Source: Bacteroidia bacterium
GTDB taxonomy: Bacteria > Bacteroidota > Bacteroidia > Palsa-965
Direction of reading: 5' to 3'
DNA: 64,000 bases
NCBI GenBank assembly: GCA_044344795.1
Contig: JBIJCF010000002.1
Span: 15,562-79,561, forward strand
Shown here: one piece after another, positions 1 through 9,856 of the stretch
Layout of the letters: each line of letters begins with the position of its first letter
How positions within the stretch are numbered: the first letter of the stretch is position 1
Notes under the pieces: generated by a model
Seen by the model: the letters and a program-made list of their open reading frames with translations, nothing else
Databases searched by the model: none
Told to the model about the DNA's origin: nothing
Translations under genes and position numbers: made by a program

Positions 1-951
1 TCCGTTAAGCACCTGCATGCGGAAGTTGCGGTAGCGCGGACTAAACCAAATGTCTTTTAACGTAAAGTTGTTTAACTGGCCCAAACGGTGGTGTGCGTCT
101 TTATCGAAACAGCAGGGCACCACGCCTCCGTCCCACGTAATGACGCAGCTGTGCCACATGCGCCAGCAATGGTCTTCCAATTGGTTTTTTAATACCCAAC
201 GCCCTTCTGCATTACGCGTATAACGGGCGTATTTGTCGTTATTGGGAATGAGCACATTGCCGTTTTCAAAATCGTACACTTGTGCGGTTTTTAAATGTAC
301 TTCGTCCACGCCCAATTCATGCGCCATAAGCTGTACATCCTTTACCTGGTGCTCGTTGTACGAGGTTACTAAAAACTGAAACACCACGTGGGGCGTTTTC
401 GATTTTAATTGTTTTTTCCAGTGCAGGATGTTGCGCGTGCCTTCCAGCACTTTGTCGAGTTTACCGCCGATGCGATAAGCCTGATAGGTTTCCTGTGTGG
501 TGCCGTCAATGGAAATGATGAGTCGGTCGAGCCCGGATTGCACGGTAGCACGTGCTTTGTCGCTATCCAGATAATGCGCGTTGGTAGATGTGGAAGTGAG
601 GATTTTTTTACGATGAGCGTAATGCACCATTTCCAGCAAATTCGGATTGAGATATGGTTCGCCCTGAAAATAAAAGTTGAGGTACATGAGGTGCGGCGCA
701 AATTGATCTAACAGCTCATGAAATTTCTCGCGTTGCAGCATGCCTGTGGGTCGCGAAAACGAACGTAATCCGCTAGGACATTCGGGACAGCGCAGGTTGC
801 AGGATGTGGTGGGTTCTATGCTTAACGCAAACGGTAGTCCCCATTGTTCGGGCTTCTTGGTGCGACGTGCATACCAAAATGACGCGTACACTTTACCGGC
901 ATTCCACAATCGTGAAGGAGAAAGCGTTCGTACAACAGACCATGCGCGCAT
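1..951 (-). CDS. Radical SAM protein with a Cys-rich (SPASM/twitch-like) C-terminal region. Its C-terminus runs off the window start, so it is absent from the ORF track.
   Basis: My own minus-strand translation from the ATG at 951-949 gives MRAWSVVRTLSPSRLWNAGKVYASFWYARRTKKPEQWGLPFALSIEPTTSCNLRCPECPSG. This contains the CxxxCxxC radical-SAM 4Fe-4S motif and was verified codon by codon. Further on are ...CWRMWHSCVITWDGGVVPCCFDKD. Track ORFs 405..701, 409..711 and 740..958 lie inside this gene in other frames. Confidence 0.6.
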   Translation of the reverse strand, partial: MRAWSVVRTLSPSRLWNAGKVYASFWYARRTKKPEQWGLPFALSIEPTTSCNLRCPECPSGLRSFSRPTGMLQREKFHELLDQFAPHLMYLNFYFQGEPYLNPNLLEMVHYAHRKKILTSTSTNAHYLDSDKARATVQSGLDRLIISIDGTTQETYQAYRIGGKLDKVLEGTRNILHWKKQLKSKTPHVVFQFLVTSYNEHQVKDVQLMAHELGVDEVHLKTAQVYDFENGNVLIPNNDKYARYTRNAEGRWVLKNQLEDHCWRMWHSCVITWDGGVVPCCFDKDAHHRLGQLNNFTLKDIWFSPRYRNFRMQVLNG

Positions 952-990
952 GTGGTAAAGTTAAGCGTAACAAGGCGGTTTATCCTAAAC

Positions 991-1026
991 AAAAACGGCA
1001 TCCCGTTGAGGATGCCGTTTTTGTTA
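991..1026 (-). terminator. Rho-independent terminator hairpin (aacggcatcc / ggatgccgtt) flanked by T/A runs, bidirectional in appearance. It sits downstream of the 1068..4412 gene.
   Basis: A GC-rich perfect inverted repeat with a 7-nt loop, followed by a TTTTTG run on both strands. Confidence 0.55.
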
Positions 1027-1067
1027 TAATGATTTCCAAAGTTAGAACTTTGGAAATCATTACTGAA

Positions 1068-4000
1068 TTACTTCTGAACGTTCACACGCAAAGTGTGTTG
1101 TTCATTAGCGCTTGTTACACGGATGATGTACAAGCCGGAAGCCTGAGTCTCTAAAGAGATCTGCTTTGTGAATCCTGTCTGCACGTTGTTTTCGTTAGCA
1201 GCATACACTACTCGGCCTTGCATATCCACCATTTCGATAATAACGTCTCCTACGTTAGCATTGATTGCTAAAGTGAATACGCCGTTATTCGGGTTTGGAT
1301 AAACATTTACACCTTCAGCTAAAGTGTTTTCAGCAACACCTACGCATGCATCAACAGTTACCGTAACTGTTGCAGAACCGCTACAGCCGTTAGCATCAGT
1401 GAAGTTGTAGGTTAATGTCTGAGCACCTGCACCAACAGAAGGATCGAAGTTAGCTCCTGTTACACCCGGACCTGACCAAGCACCGCCTGCAGGAGCACCT
1501 GTCAATGTAACGTCAGCATCATCCACGCACACGGTAGATGCAGAAGCAGTACCTGTTACAGTTGGAAGAGTGTTGATGGTTACGTTAACGGTATCAGTAC
1601 CAACGCAACCGTTAGCGTCTGTAACAGCAACATAGTAAGTTCCTGAAGTAGAAGCAACCAAAGTTTGGCTGGTTGAATTATCACTCCATACGAAAGAAGA
1701 CCCCTGGTTTTGCGCATCCAACGTTACTGTTCCGCCGCACTGCGTCGAATCAGCACCTAAAGCAACAGTTGGGTTGCTGTTAATCGTAACGTTGATAGTA
1801 TCAGAATTCATACAGCCGTTAGTATTAGTAACCATTACAGAGTATGTGCCTGATGCAGCAACTGTCAATGTTTGAGCAGTTGTGCTGTCGTTCCACATAA
1901 ACATTGCACCAGAATTTTGAGCATCTAATATTACTGTACCCTCACACTGCGACACATCACTACCTAATGAAACTGTAGGTAATGCGTTTACGTTGACTGT
2001 TACAGTTGCTGTATTTACGCACCCGTTTACATCGGTTCCTGTTACAGTATAAGTGGTAGAAGTGTTCGGTGCAACAGTTTCTGTTGCTGCACTGCCACCC
2101 GAACTCCAAGCGTATGTAGTCGCACCTGAAGCCATCAGCGTATCAGATCCGCCATCGCAGATAGTCGCCATCATTGCTGATGCAGTAACAGCAGGTAAAG
2201 CATTTACGTTAACTGTTACTGTTGCGGTGTTTACGCAACCGTTTGCATCGGTTCCTGTTACGGTATATGTAGTAGTGGTGTTTGGCGTAACAGTTTCAGT
2301 TGCAGCAGTTCCGCCTGAACTCCATGCATAGGTAGAGGCTCCTCCAGCAGTTAAAGTCTCAGTGGCACCGTCGCAAATTACACCTGCCGCTGCGGTAGCG
2401 GTAACTGTAGGCAATGGATTTACGTTTACAGAGACAGTGGCGGTGTTTGCACATCCATTGGCATCTGTACCGGTTACTGTGTATGTAGTATTTGTGGTTG
2501 GAGACACAGTTTCAGTTGATCCGTTTCCGCCCGAACTCCATGCATAAGTTGAGGCTCCACCTGCAGTTAAGGTTTCAGTCGCTCCGCTACAGATCGTGCC
2601 AGCTGCCGCTGAGGCAGTAACAGTTGGTAATGAATTAACAGTAAGCGCAATAGTTGCAGTGTTTACACATCCGTTTGCGCTAGTACCTGTTACAGTGTAT
2701 GTAGTAGAAGATGTTGGAGTTACAGTAACGTTCGAACCCGACAAGTTGCCCGGATTCCAAACGTATGTACTTGCACCACCACCGGTTAATGTAGTTGAAC
2801 CGCCAATACATATTGCTGTGTTAGCAGCTGCCGCACTAACAGTTGGTAATGGATTAACCGTAACAGCAACAGTTGACGTACCTGTACATCCATTCGCTCC
2901 CGTACCTGTAACTGTATACGTGGTAGAAGTAGTCGGAGAAACAGTAACACTTGATCCGGATAAGTTACCCGGATTCCAAACATAGCTTGTTCCGCCGGTG
3001 GCGTTTAAGGTAGTTGAGCCGCCAACACAGAATGAAGCATTGGTAGCAGCAGCAGTAATGGTTGGTGCTGGGTTTACAACTACCGAAGTTGTAGCTGTTT
3101 TGGAGCATCCTGTTGCTGCATCTGTGCCGGTAACAGTATATGTGGTAGTAGTAGTCGGATTAACCGTAACGGAAGCTCCGTTCAAATTGCCCGGATTCCA
3201 ATTATAAGTTGACGAGCCACTTCCTGTTAAAGTAACAGGCTGTCCCGCACATACCGAAGTAGGAGTTGCACTTGCAGACGGCGTCGGAACAGAGGTTTGG
3301 CTTATGGTAAGCGTAAATGCGCTGGCCGATGAAAATCCGGTAACCAAAATACGATAGGTAACACCCGGTTGAGAGCACCACTGCACAGACGCAGATGAAG
3401 AAAACGAGCAAAGCGGACCGCCGTCATCATTACCTGTTACACAAGTCAATGCTCCGCATGTTCCTGTATAAACAAAGATTTTGGAGTCCCAACTAGTAGC
3501 ACAAAGATCTGCACCTAAACGATTCCCATTACCTACAACGGTATACCAAACCCCCGGCTGGGAATAAGTTGTAATACAAGTAGGTGGCGCAGGAGATTCA
3601 ACAGTGGCATTTACAGTTGTTCCTGAAGTGGTACTTGGAATAGACAACGCCTGAGCGTTGCTGCACAAGTCGTTGGCTGGTGCAGCAGGCGGCGGCGGCG
3701 GGGTGCAGGAATTAAGCGCCATAGTAATATTACGACAGTTTGTATTAGTTCCGCAGGAAGAATTGGCAGCGGTATGCACATAGTATGTTCCTGCAGCAGT
3801 CGAATACCAGTTAAGTGGCGTATTTCCCGCTGCCACAACCGGACCGGAAGGAGTACCTTGACGTATAGTGAGATAATCGGAGGGAACTGTCGATGTTGCG
3901 GTATAGCCAGTAAATGCAGCCGTACTAGACATGGTAGCATACTCGCCAGCAAAAGCGCAAGAAGCTAGTGTCACAGGCGTAGATGTTGTTGGAGCATTAC

Positions 4001-4412
4001 CACTGCCATAAGCGCTAAACATGTTACATGCTGAACTCGCCAACAAAGTAATATCTCTGCACGCGTTGGCCGTACCGCAAAGGCAGTTTGCGCTAACGTG
4101 AATGTAGTAGGTAGTTGTCGTAGGCGCCGTAAACGAAACAGCTCCAACGCCCATAGCTACTACGGTACCGCCCGGACTCCCCGAACGGATAGTCATGAAA
4201 TCTGTAGTTACGGTACTTGTTACCCGATATACAGTACCGGCGTTAAGACCATTCCAAGTTCCATACTCACCGGCATACTGACAGAAGATGGTACCTCCAA
4301 CACTGGCACTGCTGTAGGGGATAGTGTTGTTACACTGGGCATTACCTTCCGATAACCCCAATGACACCAGCAACCCGAAGACGGTTGCAAGTTTTGCATA
4401 AATGTGCTTCAT
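1068..4412 (-). CDS. Large secreted cell-surface protein built of tandem Ig-like/adhesin repeats, with a T9SS type-A C-terminal sorting domain
   Basis: N-terminal signal peptide MKHIYAKLATVFGLLVSLGLSEGNAQ. There are about eight tandem repeats of roughly 75 aa (NPLPTVTATAAAGVICDGATETLTAGGASTYAWSSGG...TYTVTGTDANGCVNTATVTVNVN). The C-terminus YPNPNNGVFTLAINAN...GLYIIRVTSANEQHTLRVNVQK is a typical Por-secretion CTD. Composition is T/S/G/N-rich. Confidence 0.8.
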   Translation of the reverse strand: MKHIYAKLATVFGLLVSLGLSEGNAQCNNTIPYSSASVGGTIFCQYAGEYGTWNGLNAGTVYRVTSTVTTDFMTIRSGSPGGTVVAMGVGAVSFTAPTTTTYYIHVSANCLCGTANACRDITLLASSACNMFSAYGSGNAPTTSTPVTLASCAFAGEYATMSSTAAFTGYTATSTVPSDYLTIRQGTPSGPVVAAGNTPLNWYSTAAGTYYVHTAANSSCGTNTNCRNITMALNSCTPPPPPAAPANDLCSNAQALSIPSTTSGTTVNATVESPAPPTCITTYSQPGVWYTVVGNGNRLGADLCATSWDSKIFVYTGTCGALTCVTGNDDGGPLCSFSSSASVQWCSQPGVTYRILVTGFSSASAFTLTISQTSVPTPSASATPTSVCAGQPVTLTGSGSSTYNWNPGNLNGASVTVNPTTTTTYTVTGTDAATGCSKTATTSVVVNPAPTITAAATNASFCVGGSTTLNATGGTSYVWNPGNLSGSSVTVSPTTSTTYTVTGTGANGCTGTSTVAVTVNPLPTVSAAAANTAICIGGSTTLTGGGASTYVWNPGNLSGSNVTVTPTSSTTYTVTGTSANGCVNTATIALTVNSLPTVTASAAAGTICSGATETLTAGGASTYAWSSGGNGSTETVSPTTNTTYTVTGTDANGCANTATVSVNVNPLPTVTATAAAGVICDGATETLTAGGASTYAWSSGGTAATETVTPNTTTTYTVTGTDANGCVNTATVTVNVNALPAVTASAMMATICDGGSDTLMASGATTYAWSSGGSAATETVAPNTSTTYTVTGTDVNGCVNTATVTVNVNALPTVSLGSDVSQCEGTVILDAQNSGAMFMWNDSTTAQTLTVAASGTYSVMVTNTNGCMNSDTINVTINSNPTVALGADSTQCGGTVTLDAQNQGSSFVWSDNSTSQTLVASTSGTYYVAVTDANGCVGTDTVNVTINTLPTVTGTASASTVCVDDADVTLTGAPAGGAWSGPGVTGANFDPSVGAGAQTLTYNFTDANGCSGSATVTVTVDACVGVAENTLAEGVNVYPNPNNGVFTLAINANVGDVIIEMVDMQGRVVYAANENNVQTGFTKQISLETQASGLYIIRVTSANEQHTLRVNVQK
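1350..3250. repeat. Intragenic tandem DNA repeats of about 225 bp encoding the 75-aa modules, with central copies near-identical
   Basis: Repeated protein modules. The plus-strand antisense ORFs 2053..3207 all carry the same VPVTVYVV motif, which reflects the DNA periodicity. Confidence 0.7.
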
Positions 4413-4617
4413 AAGATTAAGTTTGTATTAGTTTGCAGTTACTAAACTAAGAAAATACTTACGAGATCACAATTTTGATAAAAAAATAATAATTACTTGG
4501 CTTTAGGTATTAAGGAAACAGTGTGCAGATACACTAGTTGTGGGTTGTCAGGTTATCGCGAATTCTATTAATATACCTACTTTTACCTGGTCTTTTCAAT
4601 CCTAGTATCTCAAACTT

Positions 4618-7032
4618 ATGTGGGCGAAGCTTTCGCATTTTATTTTACGCTATAAAATTTCCATCCTGGTTGTTACGCTGGCGCTTACCTCATTTATGGG
4701 TTGGCAGGCGTACACGAAGTTAGAGTTGTCGTACACGTATGCGCGTGTGTTGCCTAAAGATGATCCGATGTATTTGGCATACGAAGAGTTCAAGGCGCGT
4801 TATGGTGAAGACGGCAACGTTATGGTGATTGCGTATCAGGATCTGGGAATATTTAAGTTGAAACAATATCAGGCTTGGTATGACTTGACGGAATCTATTC
4901 GCAAAATAGATGGCGTGCAAGACGTAATGTCCACAGCGCGATTATACAATATGGAGCGCAATGATGATTCGCTTCGTTTTGATATTCGACAGGTAGTGCA
5001 ACAGCGCCCTAATACACAGGAAGAAGTGGACAGCTTGAAGGAACAAATCGATCGCTTGCCGTTTTACGACGGAATGCTGATTAATAAAAAGTCGTCTGTT
5101 ACGCTGATGGCTATCACATTCAAGCAAAAAGATCTGAACAGTAAAAAGCGCCTCGATATTGTTAAAGCTGTTCGTGAGAACACGGAAAAATTTGAAAAGA
5201 CGACAGGCGTTACGGCACATTATAGTGGTATGCCTTGGATACGTTCTGAGTATATGCGCAAAATAGGAGGAGAAACAGCGTTCTTTTTGTTTTTATCATT
5301 GGGTGTAACTGCAGTAATTCTGTTCATCTTCTTCCGGTATTTCAATGCAGTATTTTTCTCGTTGGTTGTAGTTGTTGTCGGACTTATTTGGTCGTTGGGA
5401 ACGATAGGTTTGTTGGGTTATAAGATTACGGTATTAACCGGTTTAATTCCATCATTGATTGTCATTATCGGTATTCCGAATTGTATTTTCCTCATCAATA
5501 AATATCAGGAGGAACTTTCCCGACATGGCAACAAAACCAAAGCCTTATCGCGTATGGTGCAGAAGGTTGGTTTGTCGAATTTGTTGGCGAACGTTACCAC
5601 GGCTATCGGGTTTGGAGTGTTCTATTTTACTAATAGTTCTTTGTTGGTAGAATTTGGTGTTACTGCGGCCATTAATGTACTTACGACATATGTGATCGCT
5701 ATCGTCTTAACACCGATCATCTTCTACTATTTGCCGGCTCCTAAGGCGAAACAAATGAATCACCTGAGTGGCAAGCGTGTCAATAAAATTATCGATTACA
5801 TCGATCATCTCGTTCACAACAAGCGGAAACAAATTTATATTGGCATAGCAGTTGCTACGCTGATTTCTTTAATTGGATTTAAGTTTATCAGTGTTGTAGG
5901 ATATGTAGTTGATGATTTACCGAAAGATGAACCTGTTTATGTGGATTTGAAGTTTATGGAAAAACACTTCAATGGTATTTTGCCTTTTGAAGTAGCCATT
6001 GATACGAAAAAGAAAAACGGATTATTTGAGAATGACGGTGACGTGTTGTATCGAATCGATTCTTTGCAACGCATCATCATGTCAAAGCCGGGCTTCTCGA
6101 AACCGTTATCCATTGTTGAAGCGTTGAAGTTTTCATATCAAGCGTACAAAGACGGACGTCCTAAAGCATATCGTTTACCTTCGAACGGCGCTGATTTAAA
6201 AGCATTGGCCGATTACAGCAAGACTGTTAGTGGGCAGCAGCAGAAGCTGAACAACTTTATTGATTCTACACGTCAATATACACGCGTTAGTTTTCAGATG
6301 GCGGACGTTGGTTCGGACAGTGCGAAAAAAATTGTAGCACAAATTCAGCCGTTGGTTGATTCATTGTTTCCACCAAGTCAATATAAAGTTGATATGACCG
6401 GACACTCGCTCATGTTCTTACGTTCGTTCGATTACTTGTTACATCACTTGTTCGTGAGTTTGTTGATCGCAATTGTGTTGATCTTACTCATCGGAATGGT
6501 GTTGTTCCGTTCAGTGGCGATTATTGTTTTGTCTAAGCTGCCGTGCTTAATTCCACTCGTAATGACAGCAGGTATTATGGGTTTCATGGGTGTGCCGTTT
6601 AAATCAAGTACGATTTTGATTTTCTCCATCGCATTCGGTATTGCTTCCGATGGTACGATTTACATTTTAACGGAATATCGCAATCAATTACGCAAATTAT
6701 CAGCAGCACAAAAGCATAAGGCGGTTTCGTTTGCTATCCGTGAAACAGCATTGAGTATGATTTACACGAACGTAATCTTGTTCTTTGGTTTCGCCATCTT
6801 CGTGCTTTCCGGTTTTGGCGGCACAGTGGCATTAGGTGTTTTATTGTCAATTACATTAATTGTTTCATTAGCTACCAACTTGATTTTGTTGCCTTGTATT
6901 TTGTTGTCGCTGGAGCGTCGCAATGCGCACAAGGCGATGGTTAAGGAGCCGTTAATTGATATTTACGACGAAGAAGAAGATGTAGATCCGGACAAGCTGG
7001 TTATTCATTCCGATCAACACAATCAACACTAA
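4618..7032 (+). CDS. MMPL/RND-superfamily exporter (HpnN/MmpL-like, sterol-sensing-domain-type membrane transporter)
   Basis: 804 aa. Two bundles of about six TM helices, each preceded by a large periplasmic loop (for example VILFIFFRYFNAVFFSLVVVVVGLIWSLGTIGLLGYKITVLTGLIPSLIVIIGIPNCIFL), which is typical RND/MMPL topology. Confidence 0.6.
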   Translation: MWAKLSHFILRYKISILVVTLALTSFMGWQAYTKLELSYTYARVLPKDDPMYLAYEEFKARYGEDGNVMVIAYQDLGIFKLKQYQAWYDLTESIRKIDGVQDVMSTARLYNMERNDDSLRFDIRQVVQQRPNTQEEVDSLKEQIDRLPFYDGMLINKKSSVTLMAITFKQKDLNSKKRLDIVKAVRENTEKFEKTTGVTAHYSGMPWIRSEYMRKIGGETAFFLFLSLGVTAVILFIFFRYFNAVFFSLVVVVVGLIWSLGTIGLLGYKITVLTGLIPSLIVIIGIPNCIFLINKYQEELSRHGNKTKALSRMVQKVGLSNLLANVTTAIGFGVFYFTNSSLLVEFGVTAAINVLTTYVIAIVLTPIIFYYLPAPKAKQMNHLSGKRVNKIIDYIDHLVHNKRKQIYIGIAVATLISLIGFKFISVVGYVVDDLPKDEPVYVDLKFMEKHFNGILPFEVAIDTKKKNGLFENDGDVLYRIDSLQRIIMSKPGFSKPLSIVEALKFSYQAYKDGRPKAYRLPSNGADLKALADYSKTVSGQQQKLNNFIDSTRQYTRVSFQMADVGSDSAKKIVAQIQPLVDSLFPPSQYKVDMTGHSLMFLRSFDYLLHHLFVSLLIAIVLILLIGMVLFRSVAIIVLSKLPCLIPLVMTAGIMGFMGVPFKSSTILIFSIAFGIASDGTIYILTEYRNQLRKLSAAQKHKAVSFAIRETALSMIYTNVILFFGFAIFVLSGFGGTVALGVLLSITLIVSLATNLILLPCILLSLERRNAHKAMVKEPLIDIYDEEEDVDPDKLVIHSDQHNQH

Positions 7033-7035
7033 TCC

Positions 7036-7917
7036 ATGAAAGGTATTATTCTCGCCGGTGGATCCGGCACACGTTTGCATCCTTTGACGCTTGCAGTGAG
7101 TAAGCAATTGATGCCGGTTTTTGATAAACCCATGATTTATTATCCGTTAAGCACATTGATGCTTTCGGGTATTAAAGAAATTTTAATTATTTCTACTCCT
7201 GTTGATTTGCCATTATTTGAAAAATTACTAGGAACAGGAGAACAATTGGGCATACGTTTTCATTACGCTGTGCAACCGGAACCGAAAGGATTAGCTCAGG
7301 CATTTACGATCGGCTCAGACTTTGTCGGTGCTGATCATGCCGCTTTGATTTTGGGTGATAATATTTTCCACGGCTCTAATTTGTCCAAAACACTAGCCAC
7401 TGCTCGTGAACGCGTTGAGCAGAATGGCGGCGGTATGGTGTTCGCTTACCACGTCAACGATCCGGAACGATACGGTGTTGTTGAATTTGACACGAACGGC
7501 AAGGCGATCACAATAGAAGAGAAGCCGGTGAAACCGAAATCGAATTTTGCAGTGCCGGGAATTTATTATTACGACAACAGCGTAATTGAATTGGCACACA
7601 ATCTTAAACCAAGTCCTCGTGGCGAACTGGAAATCACAGATATCAATCGAATCTACCTTGAGCGCGGAAAGTTAGAGGTGAGTATTTTAAATCGAGGTAC
7701 AGCATGGTTAGATACCGGAACGCATGAATCGTTATTACAGGCGTCCAACTATGTTTCTATCATTGAAGAGCGTCAAGGACTTAAAGTGGGTTGCATCGAA
7801 GAGGTGGCGTACCGAATGGGATTCATTGATGCGAATCAACTGCGCAAGTTAGCCGAGCCTTTAATGAAAAGCGGTTATGGTAAATATCTTTTGTCTTTGT
7901 TATATTCACAGACATGA
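7036..7917 (+). CDS. rfbA: Glucose-1-phosphate thymidylyltransferase
   Basis: N-terminus [46 protein letters not shown] is the canonical RmlA motif. 293 aa. Starts 4 bp after the MMPL stop. Confidence 0.85.
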   Translation: MKGIILAGGSGTRLHPLTLAVSKQLMPVFDKPMIYYPLSTLMLSGIKEILIISTPVDLPLFEKLLGTGEQLGIRFHYAVQPEPKGLAQAFTIGSDFVGADHAALILGDNIFHGSNLSKTLATARERVEQNGGGMVFAYHVNDPERYGVVEFDTNGKAITIEEKPVKPKSNFAVPGIYYYDNSVIELAHNLKPSPRGELEITDINRIYLERGKLEVSILNRGTAWLDTGTHESLLQASNYVSIIEERQGLKVGCIEEVAYRMGFIDANQLRKLAEPLMKSGYGKYLLSLLYSQT

Positions 7918-8858
7918 AACCAATCCGAAAGATTCTGATTACGGGTGGTGCCGGCTTTATTGGCAGCTCTCTTGCCGAAAGGCTCTCGGAGAAGGCCGAA
8001 TACAGAATCACATTGGTGGATAATTTACTGACCGGAACATTGTTGCACGTGCCGGAAGGGAAACATAATAATATCCAATTTATAAAATGCGATGTTAATT
8101 CGTTTAAGGATATTTCGGAAGTTTTTTATTCTACCCGGTTTGACTGGGTGTTTCATTATGCTGCGGTCGTTGGAGTACAGCGAACACTCGATAATCCTGT
8201 GATGGTGTTGGATGATTTAACCGGTATCGCAAATATTTTAAACCTGAGCAAAAATTCCGGAGTGGAGCGAGTGTTCTACTCGAGTTCCTCCGAAGTATAC
8301 GGTGAACCTGTTGAATTGCCGCAAAACGAAGACACTACACCACTCAATTCCCGCTTGCCATATGGAATTGTGAAGAATGTAGGCGAAGCATTTCTGAAGT
8401 CGTATCGTAAAGAATTCGGTTTACCATTTACTATTTTTAGATTCTTCAATACATACGGTCCAAAGCAAAGCAGAGATTTTGTCGTTTCCAAATTCATGAG
8501 TTGTGCATTAAAGAATGAGCCGATTATAATTTACGGAGACGGTTCTCAAAGTCGTACCTTCTGTTACGTAGATGATAACGTTGATGCCTGTATTCGTATT
8601 GCGGAGGATAGCATGTACATTGACGATATTGTAAATATCGGAAGTGATAGAGAAATTTCTATTTTACAATTAGCTCAACTGGTTAAATCGGTGTGCAATT
8701 CGAAATCAGAAATTGTCCACGCGCCTGCATTACCGGAAGGAGATATGACCCGACGTATGCCTGATGTATCCAAAATGCGTCAAGCCTTGCAAAATGAGCC
8801 GATTTCGCTTGAAGATGGGCTGAAGAAAATTTTATCCGACACTAGTTTTATCTTATAA
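7914..8858 (+). CDS. NAD-dependent NDP-sugar epimerase/dehydratase (SDR family, UDP-glucuronate decarboxylase-like)
   Basis: Rossmann motif [22 protein letters not shown] and a catalytic YxxxK (YGIVK). 314 aa. Overlaps the rfbA stop by 4 bp (ATGA). Confidence 0.7.
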   Translation: MKPIRKILITGGAGFIGSSLAERLSEKAEYRITLVDNLLTGTLLHVPEGKHNNIQFIKCDVNSFKDISEVFYSTRFDWVFHYAAVVGVQRTLDNPVMVLDDLTGIANILNLSKNSGVERVFYSSSSEVYGEPVELPQNEDTTPLNSRLPYGIVKNVGEAFLKSYRKEFGLPFTIFRFFNTYGPKQSRDFVVSKFMSCALKNEPIIIYGDGSQSRTFCYVDDNVDACIRIAEDSMYIDDIVNIGSDREISILQLAQLVKSVCNSKSEIVHAPALPEGDMTRRMPDVSKMRQALQNEPISLEDGLKKILSDTSFIL

Positions 8859-8865
8859 GTCGCTT

Positions 8866-9840
8866 GTGAATAGTTTGCAATTGCAATTAATTGAAGAAGG
8901 AATTAAAACGTTTACGAACGATTTACCTGAAACTCCTGCACATTTATACGATCCTATTCGCTACACCATGAATCTCGGTGGAAAGCGGATGCGACCGGTA
9001 TTAGTTCTTTCCGGAGCTTCCTTATTCACTGATGATCTTCAACCGGCTTTACCGGCTGCAGTTGGCATTGAGTTGTTTCACAACTTTACATTGTTGCACG
9101 ACGATATCATGGATCTTGCACCATTGCGCCGCGGACAGCCAACTGTATATCAAAAGTGGAATTCCAATATTGCAATTCTCAGCGGTGATGCCATGTTTGC
9201 GGAGTCGTTGCGCTTGATGGCGAAATCACCACACAACGCATTGCCTCGTATTTTGGAGTCGTTTACAAAAGCAGCGCGGGAGGTTTGTGAAGGACAACAA
9301 ATGGATATGGACTTTGAGCAACAAGCTCGTGTTACGATTCCGGAATACATCCGAATGATTGAATTAAAGACTGCGGTATTGTTAGCAGCTTCATTGGAAA
9401 TAGGCGCATACTGTGGTGGAGCTTATTCAACAGATGCACATAAGTTGTACGAATTTGGTCGAAACATAGGAATCGCATTTCAGCTGCAAGATGACATCTT
9501 GGATGTGTATGGTGATCCGGAAAAATTCGGAAAGCAGGTGGGAGGAGATATTGTGTCAAACAAGAAAACTTATTTATTGATCTCTACATTGCAACAAGCC
9601 GATGGATATCTGAAGGAAGAATTGTTGAACTGGTTGCAGGCAGGGGCGGATCAATCTGTTGAGAAAGTGAATAGTGTAAAGGATATTTATAACCGATTAC
9701 ACATTCGTGAGCAGGCAGAAGCAGAAATGAAAAAGTATTACGATGTTGCGATTCAGTCGCTGCTTAGTGTAGGTGCAGATGAACAGAAGTTAGCCGGAAT
9801 TCGTGCATTTGCCGATGCTCTGATGGTTAGAGAACAGTAA
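8866..9840 (+). CDS. Polyprenyl (geranylgeranyl / longer-chain) diphosphate synthase
   Basis: First Asp-rich motif LLHDDIMD and second Asp-rich motif FQLQDDILD. 324 aa. Confidence 0.8.
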   Translation: MNSLQLQLIEEGIKTFTNDLPETPAHLYDPIRYTMNLGGKRMRPVLVLSGASLFTDDLQPALPAAVGIELFHNFTLLHDDIMDLAPLRRGQPTVYQKWNSNIAILSGDAMFAESLRLMAKSPHNALPRILESFTKAAREVCEGQQMDMDFEQQARVTIPEYIRMIELKTAVLLAASLEIGAYCGGAYSTDAHKLYEFGRNIGIAFQLQDDILDVYGDPEKFGKQVGGDIVSNKKTYLLISTLQQADGYLKEELLNWLQAGADQSVEKVNSVKDIYNRLHIREQAEAEMKKYYDVAIQSLLSVGADEQKLAGIRAFADALMVREQ

Positions 9841-9856
9841 TTGGTTATATTTAACT

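Noticed and set aside
405-958. Track ORFs 405..701(-), 409..711(+), 740..958(+), 804..1154(+)
   Set aside because: They lie inside or overlap the long minus-strand radical SAM gene (1..951) in other frames. Their products have no recognisable features, so they are most likely spurious.
2053-3207. A series of plus-strand ORFs (2053..2331, 2362..2547, 2596..2985, 2998..3207) with the repeated motif VPVTVYVV
   Set aside because: They are antisense to the repetitive T9SS adhesin gene. The repeated sequence only mirrors the sense-strand tandem repeats, making these ORFs artefacts.
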